Below are positions 14,025 to 27,200 of a DNA stretch of 64,000 bases, piece by piece. The translations under genes and the position numbers were made by a program. Position 1 is the stretch's first letter. Every line of letters begins with the position of its first letter. The DNA comes from Enoplolaimus lenunculus. Lineage: Eukaryota. The stretch spans positions 186,001 through 250,000 of the forward strand of contig JASANG010001737.1 of the NCBI GenBank assembly GCA_030248215.1. Reading direction: 5' to 3'. The notes under the pieces are model-generated. The model made no database searches. It was not told the origin of the DNA and saw nothing but the letters and a program-made list of their open reading frames with translations.

Positions 14025-15721
14025 CAAACTCGACAAGAAGGGGCAGCCAGGTGGGTTTAGTATAGTGAAGCGATCGCTTTATGATTTTTATAAAGTGGTG
14101 TTGGATATTCATAGGTTTTAAGCCACGTCAACGAAGTTCGCTCGCGAAAAATGACAAATCTGCGAAACGCCAAACTCTCTAAGCCAAACGATAAATCTCA
14201 TCGTTAATTTTGCTCAAAAATAAAATCCGACAAGTATACAGCAACTATGCGACAGTTTGCCTTATTTTTAGAAGCAAACGGATGTTCTGCTCCAGTTCCG
14301 GTATATGCAAAGAATGATATTAGCGTCCGGGATCCGTAGTGTCATGCGGCAATAGCATCTGTCACCAGTGATCGGTTTTCAAACACGCAAACGGCATCAA
14401 TATTTGATCTGAAATAAAAACGTCTTGTAAAAGTAAAATGAAAAATAACCTAAAATGGTCAATGTCAATGTCCACTAATCTGTGACCTTTTTGCTAAGCT
14501 GGCTCGAGACCAATGCTCCATTTCATTTTGTTGAAATAGACCGTTTTCACAGTTATTCACAAATGATTGCACATCTACTCACAAATAGAACATGTGTCGT
14601 AAGCGTCTGGTGCTTATAGGCGTAAATAAGTGGGACTCCACTCTGGTACTCACGAAAACTTACACCGAAGGAAGCCAGTATGAATCCGTGAGAAAATGAA
14701 TAATTTGTTGCGTCATAGCCCAGTGATTCGATATAATTATTACAAACTATTGTTAGAATCAAGGGGTTGAAACTCCGCCCCCTTCGACCATTATTAGTCT
14801 TCGCATCATTTGGCTGGAACGATGCCAATACCTGGCAAAACCTGACAAGATAGGCTCTGATATGTACTCGCTTGTTGTTTATGCATCTTCCACCTTAATT
14901 TAGGTACACGGTGTGGAAAATTGCATCGCCCAATGACAATTGCCGTCTGCTAGATTTCATTTTATTTTTGAATAACGCTTGCTCTTTGATGAAGTTTGTA
15001 GAAGCTGTACGAACGTCGGTATTTTTAACAAATGTCTTTTTAAATGTTTGTTTTTGACAAAATAAAATTTGAACTCGTAAGCAGTCGAACTATTTGTTTT
15101 CTCTCCAACGCATACCTCCATTATTTATATTGCATGCTGACAACTACCTTTTTCAAATTCAACCAAGCAACAACACTTGCTATAATTCAGAATGACAGTA
15201 CCTGTCCTTACTAATGTAAACGTGTTTACGGCTGTACGACTGCTATAGAGATATAAACGCGGGCAGCTGTATACGTGTTGAACAACATACGCTGCGCACA
15301 CACGGGATTTTTTATACGTTTGCATTCCATTTTTTGAAAATCCGAAAATATTGTCAGGGGATACGGTACGTTTTAAAAAAGCAAAAAAGGTTAAAAAGCT
15401 CACTGATTGTATACAGCCCAACAAGAGAACGGCAAGATCTGTTCTATACACGGGGTGCCATATGTGACGTCGAAAAATCAATTTTTTTGCGTATTCAAAT
15501 TGTATTTTTTGTTGCGCTGCTTGTTTCGTCTATTGGCCAAATTTTTAGCGTGGCTTGGCCAGTGGACAAACACTCACGATAGGCTTAGCTTGAGCCTACA
15601 CTTTTGTAAGGTTTAGTTGTAGGCTTTTTAAGGTTCGCGCATAGGCTACGATAGGCTTAGCTTGAGCCTACACTTTTTAGGCTAAGGTTTAGTTGTAGGC
15701 GTTTTAAGGTTCGCGCATAGG

Positions 15722-16932
15722 CTAGAGGGTCCATACACAGATGAAGCCAATGTATAGAACAGGGCCGGAACAGTAGCATAGCATATTCCTAAGCCTAAGC
15801 CTAAGTCTAAAAAGCAAAAAACTTAGTCTTTAGCTTATCTTTTAGTCACGTCGGAAAACATTCCGGCCCTGTTCTCGTATACATGGGCCGGAGGAGTGCA
15901 GCACCTCTGTATAAACCAAAATAAACTATTTCCTCCAAACTTGAGAAACTCGGTCAAAGCGCCGGAGCAGACAGGGGCGGGGACCCCCCCAAACTCGCGA
16001 GGGAAGCGAGCGACTAGAGAGTCCATACGCAGATGAAGCCAATGTATAGAACAGGGCCGGAACAGTAGCATAGCATATTCCTAAGCCTAAGCCTAAGTCT
16101 AAAAAGCAAAAAACTTAGTCTTTTTAAAGCTTATCTTTTTTAAAGTACAGTCACGTCGGAAAACATTCCGGCCCTGTTCTCGTATACATGAGCCGGAGGA
16201 GTGCAGCACCTCTGTATTAAAAACCAAAATAAACTATTTCCTCCAAACTTGAGAAACTCGGTCAAAGCGCCGGAGCAGACAGGGGCGGGGACCCCCCAAA
16301 CTCGCGAGGGAAGCGAGCGACTAGAGGGTCCATACGCAGATGAAGCCAATGTATAGAACAGGGCCGGAACAGTAGCATAGCATATTCCTAAGCCTAAGCC
16401 TAAGTCTAAAAAGCAAAAAACTTAGTCTTTTTAAAGCTTATCTTTTTTAAAGTACAGTCACGTCGGAAAACATTCCGGCCCTGTTCTCGTATACATGAGC
16501 CGGAGGAGTGCAGCACCTCTGTATAAAAACCAAAATAAACTATTTCCTCCAAACTTGAGAAACTCGGTCAAAGCACCGGAGCAGACAGGGGCGGGGACCC
16601 CCCCAAACTCGCGAGGGAAGCGAGCGACTAGAGGGTCCATACGCAGATGAAGCCAATGTATAGAACAGGGCCGGAACAGTAGCATAGCATATTCCTAAGC
16701 CTAAGCCTAAGTCTAAAAAGCAAAAAACTTAGTCTTTTTAAAGCTTATCTTTTTTAAAGTACAGTCACGTCGGAAAACATTCGGGCCCGGTTCTCGTATA
16801 CATGGGCCGGAGGAGTGCAGCACCTCTGTATCAAACCAAAATAAAGTATTTCCTCCAAACTTGAGAAACTCGGTCAAAGCTCCGGAGCAGACAGGGGCGG
16901 GGACCCCCCCAAACTCGCGAGGGAAGCGAGCG
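15722..16932. repeat. ~300-bp tandem repeat x 4, each unit containing a ~145-160-bp MITE
   Basis: Units begin ctagag(g/a)gtccata at ~15722, 16015, 16321 and 16628; preceded by a ~71-bp dimer at 15578-15722. Confidence 0.95.
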
Positions 16933-18909
16933 AGAAGCTTGATGTTTAAATTCCGCCATTTGTATCCGTGATTCTGAGGTTGGAGGATATACTGGTAGCA
17001 AGTACTTTTTCATTTTTTATTTTTATTGCAAAACGGAAAATTTAAAGAAAGAAACAAAACTGAAAAAAATGAAACAAACCGCGTGTATATAGCCAGAACA
17101 ATACACCAAGAACAGTACAGCGGACAATTTCAGCCCTGTGAAAGACAGACCGCTCTTCAGCTATGTGAAAAATTTGAGTAGACAATTTTTAGTGAGAAAC
17201 ACTCTATTCTGATGCTGGTCAGGACACTTTAAACGTTTTAATATTTAAAAAACCCCATTGAGATTTAAAAAACCCACCAAAACGCCAACGCGACTTTTGA
17301 AAAAATACTATTGGCGAACAGTTTGAAGCGTGGCACCAAAAATAAAAAGCCCCCACTTTTTAGCGGAGCCTGTACAAAAAAGTTCTAGTCATCAACAACG
17401 AATACGGAATCTGTATATAAAAAAGTAAAAGGGAAATGCTTCGGTATAGCATATCCATTGCAAGCGTTTCCAAACCTATTTTAAGGACTATATACCGGGA
17501 GAAATATTGACGCAGTCGAACTATAAAAAATCAAACATATAAGGTACATTGATCAATTCTACAAAAGAAAATGAGACAATAGGAATTAGAAACACGCTAA
17601 GAAAAATGTGCTGTGTGCCATGACACTATACTATTCACGAGAATATATATATTCGTGTTGATTGTACGCAACCGATAAATTTTTTAGGAGAGGCACCAAA
17701 AATATTTTATATTTTTTATAGAGGCCCTATATATTTCAAAAAGTTCTACTCATCAACAATAAATTTTACTGAATCTGTAGAAAACGTGAAACGCTTCAGT
17801 ATAGCATATATCCAAAATTTTAGGCATGTGTTTCCAAATATTAAAATTCGGATCGTGTACCGGTAGAAATACGTAACGCAGGCAAATTACAAAAATCAAA
17901 CATAAAAAATCAGTTACATGGAATAAAATTCGACAAAAGATGCTGTGACAAACTTAAAATGCGAAAAAACTGAAATAGCGTGCTGATTGTTCACGCAATC
18001 TTGTCCTCAACAAAAAATGTGGGATCTATAGAAAAGTAGGTGACGCTTCAAATACGGCCAATGTACTTTAAGGGGTGCAACAGTTAAGCTTACCTAAGCG
18101 TAAGCCTAAGGCTAAGCGCTGCAAAAATCTGTTCCTAAGTTTATAAGCCTAAACCTAAGCCTAACCTAAGTAAAAAAATGTAATCTAGAATCTAAACCTA
18201 CTCTTTATGGACCCACCAGAAACCTGGAGGCCCCTAAGTATTAATAAACATAGGCAAAAATACTATTGCAATCGTTTCCACATCTATATCCTATGTACCG
18301 AAAGAAAGACGCAATGCAGGCAAAATTTATCAACATTTTTAAAGCACTCAAGTCGAAATACAATTGCACCTGCGAATCAATACACATTTTCTTCCTTCAA
18401 CGTTCCGCAGATTAAACGGAAGCACAACGCTTCAACTGTGGCAATAGTCGTGTACCCTGCACGCTTTGGCTTCGTTGTCTAAAAATCTTAAAATATTTTA
18501 AGATTTCGCATGTCTACAGTCTAGTTTTATATGTTGAAACTTTGCTCGGGAAGCAGGTTGTCTGGCTACAGTTCCTGGTGAAACATCAGGATTTTTAAAA
18601 TATGGGAAGCGCAAGGCTGTAGCTCGAAAACAGTAGACTGTGGTAAACTATATTGTTTTTATGCTTATATGTTTAGATTCGTGTTTAAAAAACGTTAACA
18701 ACAGCCTAGTTTGAGTCTACCCCTAGTTTTCAGAACCAGGGGGGAAAACATGTATATACAAGAGCCATGTACATACGAATATACATACAAGATTTTTAAT
18801 TGTTTCAAAAAGGAACAGGACAGAAGTATAAAAAATGTAGAAACCGAAAAACGTCGGCCGTGAACTATTTCAAGCAGAGGAGCTGTCTATATGTATTTTT
18901 CACGTGGCA

Positions 18910-19293
18910 CTGTATTGACCCGAATAAGAGGGGGGTAAGAGGAGGGTCCCCATTTTGTGTCCGAATCAATAGGAGTCCGTATCCCTAATATAGTCCGCAA
19001 GCGGGTAGAGTCCCTAAAGACCATAAATGTGAATTAACCCTAATTGTTGCGCATAAGACCAAATATTTGATTTCAAAACCTTAAAAAGCGTAACTTAAAT
19101 TTTGAAAGTACTTTCCTATACCTTGCATTATCGCTCAAGCTATTGACACAAGAAATAAACGTTTTATTCAACGGATAATTGCAGTACCGGATATATATCA
19201 GTAAGGGCGGCGGAGGGACCGAATAACAAGGGGGTGTACCCTCTGAAGAGGCCAAATAAATATCAGTCCCCCCATTTATTCGGGTCACTACAG
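18910..19293. mobile_element. MITE family A copy
   Basis: ctgtattgacccgaataagag...ttattcgggtcactacag|ta. Confidence 0.8.
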
Positions 19294-19458
19294 TACTGTG
19301 GTATTGAGCAAGGTTTAGAATATTAAAAAATTCTGGCGTTCAAAGAAGCAAAAGCGTTGGAAAAATATAGTTTTCAAGGGTCCAAAGGCGAACTTTCTAC
19401 TCAATTTTATTTCTTGAGCAGTAGGTATTCCTACATTGTAGCTTTCGAAATAGCGCAC

Positions 19459-22400
19459 CTGTCATTTAAGTTAGAGGCAGCAGAGAGCAAAAGATCTTCT
19501 AACACTTGAGCGGCTGAAGAATCGTCCGATGATTCCGATGGAATTTCCATATTAATATTAACAGTGGAGTATTCTGACGCATCATCAACCTCCATCATGT
19601 TGTCTTCACTACAAAAAGTACGAAATTTTTCTTGTTTTACACTTTTCCTGAAGGCTAAAACATAGGACCAGGAAGAGGATTTGCTTAGGGGTGGTTTCAG
19701 AAAAGGGCTTAAAATCTAAGGCTTCGTCTAAACCTACATAAATCCATACCCTAACACTAAACCTAAGCGTATTCTAAGCCTTAATCATATACATATGAAT
19801 GGGAGAAGGTGTACAGCCCAGAGAGTTTGCGTACTTTCAAAATTTGAAAACATTTTTAAAAAGTTTTGAATACTTGCGTTTTTCTGAACGCAATCCATTG
19901 GTCAAACAACAAACTTTAGGGTTAAACATTGTGTCTGATAACTTTCTATATTTTTTATACGAAAAGAATATTGAGACTGTTCAGACGTTTTTTACCTTCC
20001 GGAATTAGAATTGTTCGATTCATCCGATTCAGGAACAAATAACTGATGCTGATTGTCATTTTTCGGTAAATTTTGTAAAACACCATCAATGCCGTCGCAA
20101 CCACTAAAATATGCATATTCAAAATTTTAGGTTTCTTGTTCCGAATTTGATATCGCACAGTCTCGGATTCTGGAGTCAAAAGCGTAGTGCTTTACATTGT
20201 AGACCACATTTTTTGCTTTAGGCTTAGGCTTAGGCTTTGCAATATAAGGTAATATGCAAATTAGTTATTAGCTAACTATTCATTTACCGATTTTGGAGGT
20301 TTTAAGCAATTTCCTAAGATTCCTCGCACCGAAAAACTCTTCAACCATCATAATAATTTATTGGAATAGTTTAAAAAGTCCTAATTTTAGCTAACTATTC
20401 GATAAATCGCTTTTAAAGGTTTGTAGACAATTTATTCAGATTCCTCGCACCTGAAAACCCATTTTATTGTTGAAATTAATATTGCTTGTAACCTTAATAT
20501 TAGTGAAAAATTGTAAAAGCGCCTTAATTTAGGCTTTTCAATTATGCTTTACATGCAAGCTGATTGCCAATTGCCGGGGAATTTTGTAAATCATCAGAAA
20601 ATACGTCGAAACAACTGGAATATAAAAAATGTACGCATTTTCGAAATGTTTTTTTCGAAAAAAACGGAATCAAACAATTGAAATTCTAAACCCAAAAATG
20701 GTAGAGACATTTTAAAAACTTTTGAACCATAAAAAAGATAAAGGGGCGAAACGCTATTCTGTGCGACTAGAAAAGTAAAGCTTTTAATAGACTAATTTTT
20801 TGTTTGGCATAGGCTCACGCTTAGGCTTAGGCTTAGGAATATGCTTGTACTGTTCCGCCCCTGTTCTTTATATTGGCCAAAAGTTTTTTTACCTTCCGGA
20901 GTTAGAATTTGGCGATTCAGGCACCAATAGCTGGTGCTGACTGTCATTGTCCGGTGAATTTTGTAAACCATCATCATTTCTGTCCCAACCACTGAAATAT
21001 ATGTATGTATATATATTCAAAATATTTAAAAACTATTTTCGAAAACAAAAACAGAATCAAACAGTATTTTGAATTTAAAAATTCTAAACCTAAAAATAAA
21101 ATGGTAGTTTTTAGACGTTTAACATTTGAACCATAAATAAGATAGGGACGGAACGTTTTTCTGAGGGGCCAGAAAAGTAAGGCTTAGGCTTAGGCATAGG
21201 AATATGCTTGTACTGTTCCGCCCCTGTCCTCTATTGACTATAAGTTTTTTACCTTCCCGAGTTAGAATTTGCCGATTCCGGCACCAATTGTTGGTGCTGA
21301 TTGTCATTTTCCGGTAAATTTTGTAAATCATCATCATTGCCGTCGCAAGAACTGAAAAATACACATGCATTATGTTTTTTTTCGATTTTTTAATCGGAAA
21401 CATATGAATCAGAAATATTTTGAATTTAGAATTCTACCCAAAATCAAAAAACATTTGTACCCAGACTGTATTGAACGCAAAAACGGATAAAAAGTTCTGG
21501 AACAACACTGCTGTATATATAGGAGTTGATGAAAGTGTATGATATTTTAAATTCTTGCAAAAAGCAAACTGCGTACTGGAATTGGGTAAATCTTGTATCA
21601 ATGCGGAAATAAAGTTCTGCAAGAGTACAATTTCAATATACCAAAGCCAAATAGCACATTGGCATAAAAGTAAGTTTTCCTGGACAGCAGATGGGCCTAT
21701 GAAAAAACAAATATACCTCTCGATCAACAGTTTTGATTTCTCAGGCGCGGCCAGCTCAGCTACTGAATCGACATCCATGGATTCATCAGAGCTGAAAAAT
21801 TATCTGACGGAACGTTTATCAATTTTTTACTTTCAAAACAAACTTGAATAATAAATTCAAAGCTTGAAAGCCATGTGTGGAATATGCACTTTCTGCTATA
21901 GGTGTTTCAACGCAGCCAAAATATACTGTAGCTGGTGTGTGAAAAATATGTACCTCTTGGTTTTGAGATCTAGGCATTGAACTCCATATTTGCTAAAGCA
22001 GAGCTGCGTCACAGGAGTACCCGGAAGACTGCAATCATCTGATACGGGTGATTCCAACGTAATAGATACGTCGTCGTTACTTGATTGCAATTCGGAAAAT
22101 TTTTCAACACTAAAATTTGTGCCCTCGTACAAGAAACAGGCTTTTAAAGATTTCTATTTCGTTAGCCCATAGAGGCGTCGCGTTTGCCCGTGTAAAAACG
22201 ACAATGCAACAGGTTCAGCATTTTAAAACGTCAAACGGAACGTATCTTTTTACAGCGCATACTGTAGTGACCTGAATAAGAGGAGGAGAGTAGGGTGTCT
22301 CCATTTTGAATCCAAACCCATAGGAGTCCGTATCCCTTAATATATTAAACAGTCCGTAAGCACATAGACTCCCTAAACCGGAATAGTCTATAAAACATCA

Positions 22401-23105
22401 ATGTATATATTCCTATTGTACAGCATGACTCCAGGATTCAAACGTTGAGTTTGAAAATAGCCGCATAAAAATTTAAAAACGGACATGACAACCAACAAAA
22501 ATGGTGCGGAAGGTCAGTCCTGCCCAAAAGAGACAATGGCATTTATTAAAAGAAAAGCGTGTTTAGGTCCAACTATTTATTAAAAACGCAGCGGAGGGCG
22601 GGTTAAAAAACTACAGTCCGTCGAAACAGGGGATACACTCAGGAGATGCCAAATAAATATCAGTCACCTCTCTTTTATATTCGGGAAAACAACGGTAATC
22701 TTTTGTTTTGGACTTCATTTTAGATTTTAATGCTGTAGATGCTTATATTTTTCGCAAAATCTACTTGCGGAGGAAAAATTGCGTTTGCGAACGATTTCAA
22801 TCAAAAACGAGTTTTTTATTTTTATACGATCTCAGAGTTGTAGAGTTGTGCTTTGTGAAACGCGATCACTACCGCAATTCACGAATATTCTGCAAATACA
22901 GCTGAAGTTGTTGTCTGGTTGAGTTCTTCTTTCTAGCTTTGTGACAAACCTGATATATTTTACTCACTCTGGTCCTAAAGCATTATTTCCATCATCTTCG
23001 GATTCAGATGACCAATTCGAACACTTATTGACTGAAGACAGCTTTCTACCACGTTGAGCAAACTGTTTTGCATGTGTATTTTTCGAAGTTTTGAAAATTG
23101 TTGTT
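19459..23105 (-). CDS. Multi-exon gene fragment, Ser/acidic-rich protein of unknown function
   Basis: Four consecutive GT-AG, phase-2 symmetric exons 23105-22968, 22109-21954, 21791-21717 and 19647-19459 (138/156/75/189 nt) splice into one open frame (TTIFKTSKN...SDESMDVDS...KSVKQEKFRTF...NLNDR). Start and stop are not resolved. Confidence 0.6.
19985..21450. repeat. Degenerate ~360-bp local repeats (3-4 copies)
   Basis: tttttaccttcc(g/c)ga..ttagaatt...tgctga(t/c)tgtcatt..cggt..attttgtaaa at ~19988, 20885 and 21245, partial at ~20560. Confidence 0.75.
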
Positions 23106-23610
23106 CTGAAGTATACAGTCCTATATAAAATTCAGGATATTTTTGGCAGCCACAACATAGCAGCTGAAAACAGCGACTGATCTATTGCGCTCCTAGCTCT
23201 GCATCCTGTTCGGCGGCCTGTAAAAGTGAAATTTTTTGTACTGTGGACCTAATGTGTCTGGATATATACCTTTTTGCTTGCGTCGCTGTCGATATTTCTT
23301 TCAACTCTGGAATATACTGAACACAATACAAACCTTTTTTTGAAAGAATCTTTTAAAAGTTTAAATCGTGTTGTTGAAACAACTAGTTGGGAGCAATCGC
23401 CGACATTTTTATTTTGTTTCCCGCATTGCATTGATTCTTTTGAAACTTCGTTTTCGACATTTTCGGTTGACGTGATCCTGAAATTCGATTTTCAATATAC
23501 ATACGCGGTGTACGCAGTATGAGACGAAGTTCCCTCAAGATGCAAGTTTTTTGTTTCAAGCAAATTGAGTGGGAACAGTGGAGACAAATCTTTTTGTAAA
23601 TCATATTCAA

Positions 23611-26600
23611 CATTTAAAATTCCGAGGCTAAGGCATTTTGGTATGGTTTGGCTCCGATAGATCTTTTATGCGTAGATTGCAGTGTAAAAACACGGAGGTG
23701 AAAGAAGAGCAGAAGCCAGATGTCAACAAATGTTTCCAGAGCCGGAGGTGAAACAGAATTTGATATGGCTTGCAACTTGCTAAAACCACTAAGTGTTGAC
23801 AAAAATTTCAGATTTCACTGTAAGTTTTTGCAAAATCTCGACAATATTAAGCTTTTTTGCCCTAAGGTTTTACAAACAATTGATCAAGGATCATATTTTT
23901 TCGAAAAATACAAAAAAGTTCAATATAGAAATTGTCAAAACCTCCGGTTAAGTTTTTGCCGGAACCGGAGCCTTAAACCAATTCTGCCGGAGCCGGATCA
24001 GGAGGCAGACCTCTGGTTGTATTCTCAAAAATTCTCAGGGCCATAGATTCGACTCATTTGACCCTGACTTTCAGATTTAAAACTGGTATATTTGTACCAG
24101 TAGCAGTTTTTAATGCCATATTGAGAAAATGTCGAGAAAGAGCGACACACATTATCTTTTTACATTCAGGAACCTCATTGCCCGGTCGCTACCCGTAATC
24201 CGCTGTATACAGCTTTCTCCAGGTTGTCCCTTGCGAGCGTGGAGAAATACCTACATTTTCCCCTATGAGAATACGTTTTTTAAAAATATTTAAAGTATTT
24301 AAAGTATAAGTCTAAAAAGTTAATATTTTTCACAGCTGCAAATTTGCATACGCGTTTTTTGTTCAGCTCTGCGCTATTGCTGTGCGTTTTTTATATTTAA
24401 AGGCGGTTTGCTATATATATTTTAAAATGACGCACAATCAACGTTTCTTTAAAAATAGGAAGGGCAAAAAAATTTGACGGACCCGGTAAAACGCCAGGGC
24501 CGGACTAAGGTGCTATGGGATTGTTTTTCGCAGCCGGTGCAAAGTGCATTGTTGCCTCGAAGTCCCCATTTTTAAGATACTAGGATATTGGCTGTCGCTC
24601 CAAACTCTAAAGCACGTCTTGACCTAGTTCTTTTACAGACTAAGTTTCATCTTTTAGGTTTTTGGAAAACCTATGTAATCCCAAAAGCCTATGCCTCTGT
24701 GACGAAAGTGCACAAAAGCCCTGTGGGAGATCAAGTGCAAACTCTCAAAAATTTCACGAAGATATAAAGGTGAGAATGGTAGTTTAATACAATCTTGAGA
24801 GATTAGTGACCGGACCGAAAAAAAATTTCACCGCTTTCTCGAATTGCAGCTCTTTCGTACCTCACTTCTCAACTTTATGCAGAGCAAGTATATACAAATT
24901 AGCAACTGCAACAACTCGAACAAGATATGTGTCCCCAGTTTAGTGCTTTGGTCAAATTTACTTTTAAATTTCATAAAGAAACCAAGCAAAACAGTGGCCG
25001 AGACTGCTCAAAAATGTTACTGACACTTTGGCTACGCGGAAGGAGCAAGTCAGTTCTGTCCAAAAGCAATTAAAAACGCGCACAGTAATGTTCAAGAGGG
25101 TTGAACTGAACCTTAATGGACCGTAACCGAAAACAGGGGTACCTTCAGGAGACCGTGAATAGAATTTCTATTTTATATATATATACAACGGAAACTGAAA
25201 CGGACGCAGATTATCACTTTGAATGGAAATTTTATATGGAAACTGATACTCTGATACACGATGCTGTACACATTTTTTGTTAAAGATTAATTTTTGCGGG
25301 GTGGTTGGCTTCGCAAAATCGGAAGTCCTTTGAACTTCCAAAGAAATATAAACCTCTAAGTTTTTTGATCGTATACAGCGGATGATGATCACCATTCAAG
25401 TATATACTGATGTTACATGTACGAAAGTGTTGAAGCTTTGAGCAACTGGTGCATTCTCATCTTTACCTTTTTTGCAAAGAAGAAATTTTGTGAGCTTTAA
25501 CAAAAAACCTTTTGAATCGCAAGATTTGATATCTGGCAACACTGGTAGTTGGCTGATCCGCTTCCCATTTTTTACAGTAGAAAGTCTTGGAAAACATGAA
25601 AATGCTTGTAGCATAGTACATTTATACGCTTCTAAACATTGGCTATACCCATTCTTCTGTCAGCCCTAATCCGCTAAAACCCAAACGTACGTGCTTTTTA
25701 AAACCTATTTGCAAACAAACAGCATACCCGTATACTGCTCGTGCAAACCGCTGCCATGCGCGACCCCTTCTACCAGCACAAACAAGTAATTTACAAGTCA
25801 GTGCAGTGGCCCTTATGCTGTTTGTACATTTCCGAATTTCCGCAAAAGTTCAACAGGTCGGCAGCCTGTTTAACGTTGACGCAGGTTGGCGGAGAAGAAT
25901 GAGAACCAAAGACTTTTGAAAGAAAATATCTTTATAGGACATAGGATTAATTTCCAGAAAAATTAGGTGATACAAGAGAAGCAGCACCCAGCGCAAGAAT
26001 TCTTACATATTGTTTCTCAGTAGTGTTTTCCAAACGTTGCTCGCTTCCAGAATTGTTTTCGAATCGCGTTTGATCCAATGCACTGTTGTCGTGCCAATAC
26101 TGTACGTCTAAAACTGTAGTATACGCAGAAGCTCACAGTTTGCAGTGCGAAACCGATCATTTAAAATTCCGAGGCTAAGGCATTTTGGTATGGTTTGGCT
26201 CCGATAGGTGTTTTATGCGTTGATTGCAGTGTAAAAACACGGTGGTGAAAGAAGAGCAGAAGCCAGATGTCAACAAATGTTTCCAGAGCCGGAGGTGAAA
26301 CAGAATTTGATATGGCTTGCAACTTGCTAAAACCACTAAGTGTTGACAAAAATTTCAGATTTCACTGTAAGTTTTTGCAAAATCTCGACAATATTAAGCT
26401 TTTTTGCCCTAAGGTTTTACAAACAATTGATCAAGGATCATATTTTTTCGAAAAATACAAAAAAGTTCAATATAGAAATTGTCAAAACCTCCGGTTAAGT
26501 TTTTGCCGGAACCGGAGCCTTAAACCAATTCTGCCGGAGCCGGATCAGGAGGCAGACCTCTGGTTGTATTCTCAAAAATTCTCAGGGCCATAGATTCGAC

Positions 26601-26942
26601 TCATTTGACCCTGACTTTCAGATTTAAAACTGGTATATTTGTACCAGTAGCAGTTTTTAATGCCATATTGAGAAAATGTCGAGAAAGAGCGACACACATT
26701 ATCTTTTTACATTCAGGAACCTCATTGCCCGGTCGCTACCCGTAATCCGCTGTATACAGCTTTCTCCAGGTTGTCCCTTGCGAGCGTGGAGAAATACCTA
26801 CATTTTCCCCTATGAGAATACGTTTTTTAAAAATATTTAAAGTATTTAAAGTATAAGTCTAAAAAGTTAATATTTTTCACAGCTGCAAATTTGCATACGC
26901 GTTTTTTGTTCAGCTCTGCGCTATTGCTGTGCGTTTTTTATA
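23611..26942. repeat. Direct duplication of ~785 bp (23611-24395 = 26158-26942)
   Basis: Near-identical sequence at offset 2547; identical 108-aa ORFs at 23720 and 26267. Confidence 0.95.
25168..25614 (-). pseudogene. Protein-like reading frame split by a single TGA, possibly an upstream exon of the - strand gene
   Basis: ORFs 25396-25614 and 25168-25395 abut in the same frame. Confidence 0.3.
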
Positions 26943-27200
26943 AAGCTCCATTTTTTTACAAGGCGGTTAGCTAGTTTTTATGACGCACAACCAACATCTC
27001 CTAGGAAGACCCCGAGCCGGGACAAAATTTGACAGGCCCGATATGTATATTTAAACGTTAGGGCCGGATTATTAAGGTGGAGGGAGGCCCGGGGCCCATA
27101 TGGCCAGGATGTCTGAGCCCATATGACTAGCAGGTCCTTACTATATTAATTATTTTATCCGCCAGATAGGTGGTATAGACTTAGCTGCCCAGTCCCAAAG

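Noticed and set aside
14553..14828. Possible minus-strand exon (also 61764-61994)
   Set aside because: Protein-like, but with no recognisable motif and no phase-consistent neighbouring exon that I could establish.
20210..20240. True telomere or interstitial telomeric array (TTAGGC)
   Set aside because: Runs are only 2-4 degenerate copies and are embedded in a dispersed MITE.
23720..24046. Duplicated 108-aa + strand ORF (also 26267-26593)
   Set aside because: Its identity follows from the DNA duplication; no recognisable domain.
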